Assembly: GCA_002269645.1 (NCBI GenBank)
Contig: NIVC01004420.1
Location: 1-46,616 of the forward strand
Length of the DNA stretch: 46,616 nt
DNA from: Macrostomum lignano
Lineage: Eukaryota
Direction: 5' to 3'
Positions 26,029 through 39,900 of this stretch are shown in pieces. Below the pieces are notes generated by a model. That model saw nothing but the letters and a program-made list of their open reading frames with translations. It was not told the origin of the DNA and ran no database searches. The first letter of the stretch is position 1. Each line of letters begins with the position of its first letter. The position numbers and the translations under genes are program-made.

Positions 26029-29000
26029 TGGCTGACTGGCTGACTGAATGACTGACTGACTGTCACACATACCTGTCCCTTAGCCGAGGGTCCCAGGCTG
26101 CCGGGCGGCTGCGGCAGCGGGATGGCACCGGGGCCCCGGTGGGCGAGCAGCAGCTGGTACACCAGGAAGAGCTTGTCGCCGTCAGTGCCGGACCTGTTGG
26201 CGTAAATCTCCAAGCCGTACAGGCCGGGCGATGGCGGCAGCGCGCGGATCAGCAGCTGGGCCTGGACTACACGGCTGACGCAGGCCGACTCGAGTGGCTC
26301 AGATTGATGAGGCGACTTCAGCTTCACCATGAAGCGCAGCCGGTCGGCCTCGCTACCGGGAACCTGTGGGAAGGGGGTGGGCGGCGGTGGGATCTGGGAG
26401 TTAAAATGAACTCTGAAATAGTTATTGAGGATTTTAGAGCACTGGAAGATGGGATTTGAGGACACCAGAGCACTGGGAGATGGGATTTGAGGACACCAGA
26501 GCACTGGGAGATGGGATTTGAGGACACTGCACTGGGAGATGGGATTTGAGGACACCAGAGCACTGGGAGATGGGATTTGAGGACACTGCACTGGGAGATG
26601 GGATTTGAGGACACCAGAGCACTGGGAGATGGGATTTGAGGATATCAGAGCACTGGGAGATGGGATTTGAAGATATCAGAGCACTGAGAGATGGGATTTG
26701 AGGACACCAGAGCACTGGGAGATGGGATTTGAGGACACCAGATCACTGGGAGATGGGATTTGAGGATATTAGAAAATTAGGAGATAAATTTCGGGATTTT
26801 AGAAGAGGATCTTTAATTGGGATCAAGATATTCACCTTAAGCATGACATCCTCTGACAGGGTATTAGTAGTGAACAGCGGCAGGTCCTCGGCCGGGTTCA
26901 TGGCGGACAGCTTGTACTTAATATTGGCCTCGTTGGGCCCGTAGCTGGTGTTCTGGCACATGGGGAACGGCTCCACACGAGGCGACCGGACCACGGCGTC
27001 GAGGCGGTATTCGCAGACGGCGCCAAATACCAGCTGTTCTTTGCCTGGCGCCGGCATTGGCGCCTTCGAATCGCCGGATTCGACCTCCTTGGCGTAGAGG
27101 ATGAGCCGGTAGGCGCCCGACTGCGGCGGCCGCAGGGCGAAGGTCGCCGTCGAGTCGCGCGGATCGTAGAAATGGACGCCGAAGCGGCTCAGCCGGCGGG
27201 TGGATTCCTCCTCCTCTTGCTGCGCCTGCGGCTCGGGGGAGGTGCGATTGGCGGACACTATGTACTTTTATTAATTGATCCAAACAAACACATTAGACGC
27301 TTGGATTAGGCAAGTTAAGCAGAGTTGGCCACGGTTAGTACGCATTTTAATAGGCTTAAGGGCAAAGTGAGACTACATAAGATATTTAAGATGCGAGTGT
27401 ATGTGTGGAAGTTGTAGTCTAGTGGTCAGAGCGTCGGACTCACGACTGAAAGGTCGTGAGTTCGATTCTGGACCCACTCGGAACAATTTGTGTCCTTGAT
27501 CAAGACACCCAACTCTGCATTGCTTCAGTTCATCCAGCTGTAAAATGGGTGCCAGCATTAGCTGGGGTAATTGAGGGTGTGTGGCGACCCCCAGACCTTG
27601 GACTGAACAGCCGTACGCAGCCTTCAGATGCGCCGCGCAATAGCTGCGGCTGAGCTGTCGGTTGCACATCTGCCCAATTGGGGCAGGTGTAATCAATTAT
27701 TTTTATTATTATTACTAGGCCAACGCACTCGCAGCCTAATATTCTGCAAGTTAAGCAGAATTGGCTATGGTTAGTACGCACCTGAATAGGCAGCTTGAAG
27801 ACCGACCCCAAGCTCACCTGCGCGCTACCCTCAGCGGCTGACACGCTGTGAGCGCCCAGCGTGAAGGTGAACGCCAGCCGGCTGGCCGAGTCCCAGGGCA
27901 CGCCGAGCTTCACCAGCAGCGCCGGCTGCACCTCCGGACAGTCGGCACCGGAGGCGGCAGCGTCGGCGGCGGCCGCATCGGCGTCATAGTCAATGCGGGC
28001 CAGCAGGTGGGAGCGCAGGTCGAGGCCGTGCTTGAAGAAGGCGCTTTTCACCGGGGCCAGCGCCTCGAACTGCAGCTTGGTGATTGGCTCGCGGAGCAGC
28101 TGCCACTCTTCGCGGTCGGGCAGGTGAGTGTACACCTGAGGGATTTAGCATGGGGATTTGGGGATTTCGGATTTGCTAGGATTGTAGAGGCTGAGAGTTT
28201 GAATTTCTGAACAGGGGATATGGGATCTTAAGATTTCTGAATGGGGATCTTGGGATTTCTGAATAGGGGATCTTGGGATTTCTGAATAGGGGACGTTGGG
28301 ATTTCTGAATAGGGGATGTTGGGATTTCTGAATAGGGGATGTTGGGATTTCTTAATAAGGGATCTTGGGATCTCTAAACTGGGGATGTTGGGATCTTTAA
28401 ACAGGGGATGTTGGGATTTCTGAATATGTGATCTTAGGATCTCTAAACAGGGATGTTAGTTAGGATTTCTGAATAGGGGATCTTGGGATCTCCGAATAGG
28501 GGATCTTGGGAATGGGATCTCTAAACTGGGGATGTTGGGATCTTTAAACAGGGGATGTTGGGATTTCTGAATATGGGATCTTAGGATCTCTAAACAGGGA
28601 TGTTAGTTAGGATTTCTGAATAGGGGATCTTGGGATCTCCGAATAGGGGATCTTGGGATCTCCGAATAGGGGATCTTGGGATCTCCGAATAGGGGATCTT
28701 GGGATCTTTAAACAGGGGATGCTGGGATTTCTGAATATGGGATATTGGGATTTCTGAATAGGGGATACGGGATGGATTTCGAATGCTACAATGGGGATTT
28801 CTGAATACAATGAGTTAATAGACAAGCCTCACCAGCTTAGCCGGACTCGGCAGGAAGTAGAATTCGTCCAACTCGTAGCGCACATTATCCAATGTACTCT
28901 GCTTGCCAATGAGCCGCCTGGCCGCCCAGTGACAGTCAACCAGCTGCCACTGGCCCGCAACCAGCACGGCGTTCCAGCTGTGCCGGCCGCGAGTGTCCGA

Positions 29001-30756
29001 GTCGAACACCATGCCCGGGTGGTACTCGGCGCCCTTGGCGTAGCCGGCGATGATCTGGCAGGGGATGTCGCAGGCTGAGCACAGTGTGTAGAACGCTTGC
29101 GCATAGGTGCTGGTGCCGGCCTTTATGCCCATGAGGATGGACTCGGGCGAGTCCGGCTTGTAGCTTGAGAAGTGCAGCTTGCTGAGATCCTTGGAGCACA
29201 GCCAGAAGAACAGGATGCGCACCTGCCGGACACGGCGATATCAGGGCTGGATGGATGACACTTTTAGGGGTATGCGCGAAATTCCAGTCCATGTGCAATT
29301 TTAAGAAGTCCCTGGCTGACAAAGCTAATAGACTTCTAAAAAAGCATCTGGACTGGAGAGAAAACTATACCAGTTAACATTATCAAAGAGATGGAGAAAA
29401 TTGACAACAGTATTATGTAGCTGGTCCAGGTGCTATCTATAAATACCCTTGGCACTTCTATAAAATAGAATCTTGACTGGAAGCCCAGTATATATATGTA
29501 TGAAATTCTTCAGATGGCAAACCTTCTCCAATTCGTCGTTAACTCGAGGCCCGTAGATCAAACGCCAGATGAGCTCTTTGAAATTCTTCGGATCGTGTTG
29601 CTGAGCAGTCTCCAAGGCGTGCGTGTCAGTCCGGCGGAATTGCTCCTGGGCCGGCTTCTGATAGCCTGCAGCCGGCGGCAGCTGCGGCTTCGGGTCAACG
29701 GCGGCCGGCGCCGGGGCCTGCAGCGACTTTCCGATGGCGTCCATGTGCGACGGGAGGGAGAAGTCCGACGGCGGCGGCTCCACCACGACTGTGGGGGAGT
29801 AGGAGCAGGCAAATGAATGGGGATTCTTCCCAAGCAGGGAATCAATATTTACTGGATTGGGATTCTTCCCAAATGTGGGATCAATATTCACTGGATTGGG
29901 ATTCTTCCCAAATATGGGATCAGTATTCACTGGATTGGGACTCTTTATAAACGAGAAAATAATTCAAAATGAGAACACTCACCCTTCTGTCCGTATTGAC
30001 CCTTCGGCTCCCAGGTCTTGGCGTCTGAAACGGGCAAACCAAAAGCAACAAAAAAGAGTAATTTCTATGAAAGCTAGCTCATGCACCCTGCAATTGCAAT
30101 GCACTACTCACATTGGTCGTGATGAGCAGGCTTGAGCACTGATGTCGGAGCCTGACGCAGCTGCTCCAAATTCGATGGCATGGCAGTCTGCGGCAAAAAT
30201 AAAACGAAACATTCCATATTGAAATCCATAAATCAGTGCGGGTGATTAAGTTAGTAGGCAGCAAAACAAAATCAAGATTATGACACTTGCTAGCATGATT
30301 GTTAAACAGATTAATGCATGATAAATGAGCACTAATTCGCCAGCTTACAAATCATAAAGCATCAATCAAAATGCGCTAATTAGATCGAAGCCATTCTCAC
30401 TTTAACCACTAAGCATTAAACTTAGGATTAGCAGCAGCATTAATTTTGTTAGTAAGTAGTGGAGTAATACATAATTCTAATAGGCACTTGATTTTTTAAT
30501 TTAATAATGTTAGTTAGAGTTTTAGCCAGTGAAATTTAATTCACTATTAAAATACTGATTTGATATTGATAATATTGATTTGTTGTTAGAAAATCAGAGA
30601 AACCTGACTGCAGTGCCGAGCCAACACAGAATGCTGTTAAAGCTGGATTATCAGGACAGTATAACTAAATCCATTCCACTACAGCTCGGGATTTCTAAAG
30701 ATGGACAGACAGACACACAGACAGACACACAGACAGACGGACAGACAGACACACAG

Positions 30757-30788
<32 letters not shown>

Positions 30789-30798
30789 GCAGACAGAC

Positions 30799-30851
<53 letters not shown>

Positions 30852-30870
30852 CATAGACAGACAGACAGGC

Positions 30871-30913
<43 letters not shown>

Positions 30914-33900
30914 AAGACAGACGGACAGACAGACAGACAGGCAGACAGACAGACAGACAGACAGACAGGCAGGGTCAGTATGCCAGCCTGTCACTTTTTA
31001 ATAAAAAGCTCCGCATCAGAGCAAGACCAAACAAATGATGGCTGGGACAGGCAGGTCGGGGGAGGGCCGCAGCTACCTTCCGCTTGATCGTGAGGTTGCT
31101 CTCGGTGGAGGCAGGCATGGCCGTGTAAGCCGGCTTCCTCGACGCGGGCGCATTCGGCGAGGCGCCGCGCGAGCCGCGGTTGCTGCCGCTGCCGCTGCCG
31201 GGGCCGGAGCGGCGCTCCAGCAGGGTGCCGGACTCGGGATCCAGGTCGTGACTGCGCAACGGTTTGCCCAGCAACACGTCGCGCATGTAGGGCTGCTGCG
31301 CCAGGTAGGCATCATCGTCCGGATCGGCAGATTCACCGGGTGCAGCGGCTCCCGGCCTGGCCTGCTGCTGCTGCTGGTACTGCTGCTGGTAGGGCTGCTC
31401 AGCCGGATGCTTCGCCTGACCGCCAGGAGCTCCCGGCGCACTGGCGTAGCCTGGCGCCCGCCTAGCGCTGGCCATCTCATCCGATGGCTGGCCCGTCTGG
31501 CGCGTAGCATTTATATTGGATAAATATACTTGAAAAATTCTTAACAACACTACTTACTAGATTGAAAGAAGTAGAAAAGTAAGCTCATGTCTAGAAAAAT
31601 CCGAAAAACAACATTGAAAGAAAAAATAGCGCAGACGAGGGATTGAGAAATCGTCGTCTTACCAGCATATCGGGCGGCGGTGGCGGCAAAAAGTCCGGCG
31701 GCATGTCATCTGGACCGGCTGACAGCTGCTGGTCTCTGCCGGGGCCGTAGCGCGATCCCGAGCCGGGGCCTCCTTGGGTGCCTGCTGGACCTCCATAGCC
31801 GCCGGGACCTCCTTGGGTGCCTGCTGGACCTCCATAGCCGCCAGGACCTCCTTGGGTGCCTGCTGGACCTCCATAGCCGCCAGGACCTCCTTGGGTGCCT
31901 GCTGGACCTCCATAGCCGCCAGGACCTCCTTGGGTGCCTGCTGGACCTCCATAGCCGCCAGGACCTGGGCCGCCGGCTCGGCTAGGCGAAGCGGTCTGAC
32001 CGCTGACGCTGCTAAACTGCGGCTGCTGCTGCTGGTCGCCGCTGCTGCCGGGGGCGCAGTACGGCTTCGGGCCCAGCTGGGAGGCCATGCCGCCCCCTGG
32101 GCCGCCGCGCGGCGAATTGCGGCCGCCGCCTGCGGCTGGCGCAGACATGTTCGCGCCAGATTGTGGCGCCGGAGCACCGGAACCAGAGTGACCACCGTAG
32201 CGATAGGGGTCGCCTTGCACAGTCTGCGAGAGTTCGGGTTTGGAATGAATACAGTTTGAGGCTTTAGCGGCAGCTAAGAAAGAGCGCGCCAAAGTCTGGT
32301 AACAGAACGGCGGTTTTGGCATTTGTGCACTCAGCGAGACACTAGGTGGCGCCGAGCTACACATTTAGTGGCGCCGAACTATTGATAGATATTTAGTGGC
32401 GCCAATCGAACTGTAGAAAAGAACCAAATACAATATCAAGTGCATACGAGTGTAACAAGTGTAAACAATACGAGCCGTGTAAATGAACACCGCGTACTTT
32501 TCAATCTAAACAATAACCCATACGGACCCATAGGTCATAAGCCATGTTTATGCCAGAGGCTTCAATCATTAAGTGAATGGCATTGCGTCAAACTTCCACA
32601 TCATATGGGAACTGGTCGTGTCTACCGCACAGCCCCTTTATGGAATTAACCGGAGTGGAATTCAACCATAGGAAAACTATTCAAGGCCGTCCCAGATCCC
32701 CGCACACGCAGGCACGAATGATGGAATTCCAAAAATGGAAATCTGCAGTGCGGATTGCCGAGCAAAACTGACCAAAATCTGTCCTGGCTTCAGCTGACTG
32801 CACTTAGCTTTCAACCTTCCATTTTCATTTTTCCGATCCAGATGCTTCATATATTTTGGAAATCCATGGATTTGTCACATAGACAGACTTATTTAGAGGC
32901 TAAGCTAGTCATAATTTACTACCAAATACGCTATTTCAGTGCACATTTTTACTAAGCTATATGCATATTTCTATACACTTTTATGCTACGTAGAGTAACT
33001 TAGCAAATATGGTAAGGTCGCAGTGGTGGGTCCCTTAGCGTCACCCGATGGGGGTGAGAGTGCATGGGTTACGCATGCATTACAAATACAGTGAGACTTC
33101 ATTTCACTTAACAAGCAACCAATAAGCGTTTAGTCGGAAAAGGAATGAGGGAGAACTAAGTTAGACTTTCTCGTCACACGTATAACAACTATACGCACAC
33201 GCAGCTGGCTAAACACAGTTTTCTATGCATAAAAAAACGCTCGCCTCGATTCGGGACACGCCACGAATAGCGAACCATTTTTGCGAATTTTTTTTCCAAC
33301 TGGAGGGCAGATGTCCTACAGAGCTATACACAAGACAGCAAAATTGGCTAACAAATATTCTAAATCTGCAAGGTTTTTGCGCAGCACTATTTCTAATTAT
33401 CTGGAGAGTGGGAGCTCTTTGTTAGTGTAAAAAATTCTCGCTTTTGCGCCAGCCATAGCAACGGCTTCCTGGTTCCTGTCCTGTCTGTCTTTGTGTCTGC
33501 GCCTGTGTCTATGTTTGCGTCTTTTTGTCTATTCCTGTGTCTGTCTGTGTCTTCGTGTCTGTTTCTGTCTTTGTGCCTATGCCTGTCTTTGTGTCTGTTT
33601 CTGTGTCTTTGTGCTTACGCCTGTCTTTGTGTCTGTTTCTGTGTCTTTGTGCTTACGCCTGTCTTTGTGTCTGTTTCTGTGTCTTTGTGCTTACGCCTGT
33701 CTTTGTGTCTGTTTCTGTGTCTTTGTGCTTACGCCTGTCTTTGTGTCTGTTTCTGTGTCTTTGTGCTTACGCCTGTCTTTGTGTCTGTTTCTGTGTCTTT
33801 GTGCTTACGCCTGTCTTTGTGTCTGTTTCTGTGTCTTTGTGCTTACGCCTGTCTTTGTGTCTGTTTCTGTGTCTTTGTGCTTACGCCTGTCTTTGTGTCT

Positions 33901-36900
33901 GTTTCTGTGTCTTTGTGCTTACGCCTGTCTTTGTGTCTGTTTCTGTGTCTTTGTGCTTACGCCTGTCTTTATGTCTGTTTCTGTGTCTTTGTGCTTACGC
34001 CTGTCTTTGTGTCTGTTTCTGTGTCTTTGTGCTTACGCCTGTCTTTGTGTCTGTTTCTGTGTCTTTGTGCTTACGCCTGTCTTTTTGTCTATTCCTGTGT
34101 CTGTCTGTGTCTTCGTGTCTGTTTCTGTCTTTGTGCCTATGCCTGTCTTTGTGTCTGTTTCTGTGTCTTTGTGCTTACGCCTGTCTTTGTGTCTGTGCTT
34201 ACACCTGTCTTTGTGTCTTCCTGTGTCTGTCTGTGTCTTCGCGTCTGTTTCTGTGTATTTGTGCCTATGCCTGTCTTTGTGTCTGTTTCTGTGTATTTGT
34301 GCCTATGCCTGTCTTTGTGTCTGTTTCTGTGTCTTTGTGCTTACGCCTGTCTTTGTGTCTGTGCTTACACCTGTCTTTGTGTCTTCCTGTGTCTGTCTGT
34401 GTCTTCGCGTCTGTTTCTGTGTATTTGTGCCTATGCCTGTCTTTGTGTCTGTTTCTGTGTATTTGTGCCTATGCCTGTCTTTGTGTCTGTTTCTGTGTCT
34501 TTGTGCTTACGCCTGTCTTTGTGTCTGTTTCTGTGTCTTTGTGCTTACGCCTGTCTTTGTGTCTGTTTCTGTGTCTTTGTGCTTACGCCTGTCTTTGTGT
34601 CTGTTTCTGTGTCTTTGTGCTTACGCCTGTCTTTGTGTCTGTTTCTGTGTCTTTGTGCTTACGCCTGTCTTTGTGTCTGTTTCTGTGTCTTTGTGCTTAC
34701 GCCTGTCTTTGTGTCTGTTTCTGTGTCTTTGTGCTTACGCCTGTCTTTGTGTCTGTTTCTGTGTCTTTGTGCTTACGCCTGTCTTTGTGTCTGTTTCTGT
34801 GTCTTTGTGCTTACGCCTGTCTTCGTGTCTGTTTCTGTCTTTGTGCCTATGCCTGTCTTTGTGTCTGTTTCTGTGTCTTTGTGCTTACGCCTGTCTTTGT
34901 GTCTGTGCTTACACCTGTCTTTGTGTCTTCCTGTGTCTGTCTGTGTCTTCGCGTCTGTTTCTGTGTATTTGTGCCTATGCCTGTCTTTGTGTCTGTTTCT
35001 GTGTCTTTGTGCTTACGCCTGTCTTTGTGTCTGTGCTTACACCTGTCTTTGTGTCTTCCTGTGTCTGTCTGTGTCTTCGTGTCTGTTTCTGTCTTTGTGC
35101 CTATGCCTGTCTTTGTGTCTGTTTCTGTGTCTTTGTGCTTACGCCTGTCTTTGTGTCTGTTTCTGTGTCTTTGTGCTTACGCCTGTCTTTGTGTCTGTTT
35201 CTGTGTCTTTGTGCTTACGCCTGTCTTTGTGTCTGTTTCTGTGTCTTTGTGCTTACGCCTGTCTTTGTGTCTGTTTCTGTGTCTTTGTGCTTACGCCTGT
35301 CTTTGTGTCTGTTTCTGTGTCTTTGTGCTTACGCCTGTCTTTGTGTCTGTTTCTGTGTCTTTGTGCTTACGCCTGTCTTTGTGTCTGTTTCTGTGTCTTT
35401 GTGCTTACGCCTGTCTTTATGTCTGTTTCTGTGTCTTTGTGCTTACGCCTGTCTTTGTGTCTATTCCTGTGTCTGTCTGTGTCTTCGTGTCTGTTTCTGT
35501 CTTTGTGCCTATGCCTGTCTTTGTGTCTGTTTCTGTGTCTTTGTGCTTACGCCTGTCTTTGTGTCTGTGCTTACACCTGTCTTTGTGTCTTCCTGTGTCT
35601 GTCTGTGTCTTCGCGTCTGTTTCTGTGTATTTGTGCCTATGCCTGTCTTTGTGTCTGTTTCTGTGTATTTGTGCCTATGCCTGTCTTTGTGTCTGTTTCT
35701 GTGTCTTTGTGCTTACGCCTGTCTTTGTGTCTGTGCTTACACCTGTCTTTGTGTCTTCCTGTGTCTGTCTGTGTCTTCGCGTCTGTTTCTGTGTATTTGT
35801 GCCTATGCCTGTCTTTGTGTCTGTTTCTGTGTATTTGTGCCTATGCCTGTCTTTGTGTCTGTTTCTGTGTCTTTGTGCTTATGCCTGTCTTTGTGTCTGT
35901 TTCTGTGTATTTGTGCCTATGCCTGTCTTTGTGTCTGTTTCTGTGTCTTTGTGCGTATGCCTATCTTTGTGTCTGTTTCTGTGTCTTTGTGCTTACGCCT
36001 GTCTTTGTGTCTGTTTCTGTGTCTTTGTGCTTACGCCTGTCTTTGTGTCTGTTTCTGTGTCTTTGTGCTTACGCCTGTCTTTGTGTCTGTTTCTGTGTCT
36101 TTGTGCTTACGCCTGTCTTTGTGTCTGTTTCTGTGTCTTTGTGCTTACGCCTGTCTTTGTGTCTGTTTCTGTGTCTTTGTGCTTACGCCTGTCTTTGTGT
36201 CTGTTTCTGTGTCTTTGTGCTTACGCCTGTCTTTGTGTCTGTTTCTGTGTCTTTGTGCTTACGCCTGTCTTTGTGCCTGTTTCTGTGTCTTTGTGCTTAC
36301 GCCTGTCTTTATGTCTGTTTCTGTGTCTTTGTGCTTACGCCTGTCTTTATGTCTGTTTCTGTGTCTTTGTGCTTACGCCTGTCTTTGTGCCTGTTTCTGT
36401 GTCTTTGTGCTTACGCCTGTCTTTGTGTCTGTTTCTGTGTCTTTGTGCTTACGCCTGTCTTTGTGTCTGTTTCTGTGTCTTTGTGCTTACGCCTGTCTTT
36501 ATGTCTGTTTCTGTGTCTTTGTGCTTACGCCTGTCTTTGTGTCTATTCCTGTGTCTGTCTGTGTCTTCGTGTCTGTTTCTGTCTTTGTGCCTATGCCTGT
36601 CTTTGTGTCTGTTTCTGTGTCTTTGTGCTTACGCCTGTCTTTGTGTCTGTTTCTGTGTCTTTGTGCCTATGCCTGTCTTTGTGTCTGTTTCTGTGTCTTT
36701 GTGCTTACGCCTGTCTTTGTGTCTGTGCTTACACCTGTCTTTGTGTCTTCCTGTGTCTGTCTGTGTCTTCGCGTCTGTTTCTGTGTATTTGTGCCTATGC
36801 CTGTCTTTGTGTCTGTTTCTGTGTATTTGTGCCTATGCCTGTCTTTGTGTCTGTTTCTGTGTCTTTGTGCTTACGCCTGTCTTTGTGTCTGTTTCTGTGT

Positions 36901-39900
36901 CTTTGTGCTTACGCCTGTCTTTGTGTCTGTTTCTGTGTCTTTGTGCTTACGCCTGTCTTTGTGTCTGTTTCTGTGTCTTTGTGCTTACGCCTGTCTTTGT
37001 GTCTGTTTCTGTGTCTTTGTGCTTACGCCTGTCTTTGTGTCTGTTTCTGTGTCTTTGTGCTTACGCCTGTCTTTGTGTCTGTTTCTGTGTCTTTGTGCTT
37101 ACGCCTGTCTTTGTGTCTGTTTCTGTGTCTTTGTGCTTACGCCTGTCTTTATGTCTGTTTCTGTGTCTTTGTGCTTATGCCTGTCTTTGTGTCTGTTTCT
37201 GTGTCTTTGTGCTTACGCCTGTCTTTGTGTCTATTCCTGTGTCTGTCTGTGTCTTTGTGTCTGTTTCTGTGTCTTTGTGCCTATGCCTGTCTTTGTGTCT
37301 GTTTCTGTGTCTTTGTGCTTACGCCTGTCTTTGTGTCTGTGCTTACACCTGTCTTTGTGTCTTCCTGTGTCTGTCTGTGTCTTCGCGTCTGTTTCTGTGT
37401 ATTTGTGCCTATGCCTGTCTTTGTGTCTGTTTCTGTGTCTTTGTGCGTATGCCTATCTTTGTGTCTGTTTCTGTGTCTACGGTACATGTGTCTGCGCCTG
37501 TTTCTATATATGTGTCTTTTTGCCTGTCTGTGTCATGTCTGTCTGTGTCTGTCTCTGTGTCTGTCTATGCCAGTGCCTGCATGTGTGTCTATATCTGTGT
37601 CTGCCTGTTTGCCTGCCTGCCAGTCTCAATAGGTTTGCGCAATGCCATCCAAATGTCCACCGGAAGCAACAGCATACATAGCTTGTACGAGTATGTATTT
37701 GATGCGCGCTACTGATGCGACAATCTAAAAAGCTAGGGTAACTTTTTCTACATGCAAACTCTCTCTACTGTACTGTACGTACAGATCTGCTGACCAAAGA
37801 GTGCTGTAAAGGCAGGCATCAGTTGAATTGGCCTAATCCAAGCCGGGTAAAAAGTCAACAGTTATTAACAGAGTAAATATTGTATCAAAATTATTTCGCA
37901 AAACAGAGCTAGCGCGGTCAGAGTTACCTGAAATCTATCCAAGCTCCAGCCTTTGTAGCCTTGCTAATTCATGATGCTTAGATTGAATTTAACAGAGCTT
38001 TGAAAGTCGGCTGCGGTGCAGACAGGACCGGCAAGCATTTAACACACACATTTTCACGCGGCCCAGGCGTGCTGTTTTGTAAACTTATTTGCCAACAGCA
38101 GCAGACTTAAAAAGTCAAGATAAGGCCAAGCTTGATTTCTGTACACTGGATTCTATTTTGCTTAATTAACTACTGATAAGAATGGTTCAGCTAATTGAGC
38201 TGGGTGCGGTTATAACACAAATAACTGATAACAGTGCGTACAGAAAATTCATGTTAATTATTTTATCCAACTCAATCTTACCTTGGCAGTAGTGCTAGGA
38301 ATGTACTGTTGCTGCTGTCTGTGCGGCTGCTGCTGCTGACCCTGCGGCATGGACATCTGGCCGCCCTGAAGGTTGAGCTTGTGAAACTCGGGCTGGAAAA
38401 GTGCATAACACACGCATAAGGCTTGCAATACATATGCCACAAAACAGTTCAAGCCGCAGAGTGAAGGTTCTGATATTTACAAGTTAGAAAAATAAACAAA
38501 AAACAAGCTCTGCTAGACACAATCGAGGGGCTGGCTGGAATGGCATTACCGCAATAGGAATGGCCAGAGGGCACTCGCACTGGGTGGGTCTGCCTGCCCA
38601 GGACTACTATAGAGAAAGACAATCTGGATTGGGAAACGACTTGCGAGTCTCGAGTGGGTTCCCAACTTTTGACTGCCACAATTTGACTGTCACAATTCGA
38701 GTTTCACGATCTGACTGTCACAATTCGAGTTTCTCGATCTGACTGTCACAATTCGAGTTTCACGATCTGACTGTCACAATTCGAGTTTCACGATCTGACT
38801 GTCACAATTTGAGTTTCTCGATCTGACTGTCACAGTTTGATTGTCACAATTCGAGTGGCACAATTTGACTGTCACGATTTGTGTGCTACGATCTGACTGC
38901 CGCAATTTGACTGTCACAATTTGACTGTCACAATTCGAGTGTAACAATTTGAGTGTCACAACCTGACTCTTAAAATTTGACTGTCTCAATTTGACTGCCA
39001 CAGTTTGACTGCCACAATTCGCGTGTCACAGTTTAATTGTCACAATCTGACTGTCACAACTTTGTATTATAGGGGATCGTTTGTAAATTTGAAGTATGAA
39101 ATAGGACAAAATTTGCTTTACTTTACGACTACAGAATACGCAGAAGTTAATAACTAAAGGAGTGTCAGTTAGAGCTCTGTCTCTTTCCCAGATTATTCCG
39201 TCTTGAGCTTGGCATTCATGGTGTCTGCCTTGTCTGTCTGTGCGCTGCACAGCCAGTGTCTTTCATTCTCGCATTTATTTACCTATAGATAGCATGCCAT
39301 GAACTGTATGAGTACTGAGCTCGCGGCCTCTATTAAACTCCATCATCATAGCTGCCTCATAATGCTAGCAACTCACTAATGCTGAGTCCTTTTTCTTTGC
39401 CGTTGTCTCTCTGTGTTTAAGATACAATACTCTATTAAGAGACTCTTTTACTCAAATTTATGCAAATATTAAGCATTAAAATTAATTCTTTGACATTTAA
39501 GATAGGATGAATCGCTAGGGCTAGCAGTCTAGTGGTTAGAGCGATTCTGGACCCACTTGGAACAATTTGTGTCCTTGATCAAGACACCCAACTCTGCATT
39601 GCTTCGGTTCACCCAGCTAAAAATGGGTGCCAGCATTAGCTGGGGTAACTGAGGGTGTGTGGCGACCCCCCAGCCCTTGGACTGAACAGCCGTACGCAGC
39701 CTTCAGATGCGCCGCGCAAATAGCTGCGGCTGAGCTGTCGGTTGCACATCTGCCAACTAGTTTCAATGTACGCTTTCGCGACAGGCGCCTCTCACCTCGG
39801 TATCCGTGTACGGCGCAGGCAGGTCGCCAAGAGGCGCAATCTCATAATTATAATTGTACATCTCTCTTGGCGGGGTTGTGCCAGCGAACTGGTTGCCACC

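Noticed and set aside
27407-27475. tRNA gene (also 6395-6466)
   Set aside because: A/B boxes are present but the acceptor and T stems do not close, and each head continues into a SINE body with a tail.
27782-27817. Extension of the KY-like exon to the donor at 27781
   Set aside because: That donor lies in a duplicated intronic segment. The upstream CAG|GTGAGC is a stronger donor in the same phase. Not fully excluded.
32367-32380. tRNA-Lys primer-binding-site-like TGGCGCCGAAC
   Set aside because: No LTR or gag/pol sequence nearby.
33491-37715. Three overlapping ~1,390-aa Cys/Val/Leu-rich ORFs
   Set aside because: They are translations of an A-poor 38-bp satellite that cannot form stop codons. 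All three frames are open, and the region is intronic.
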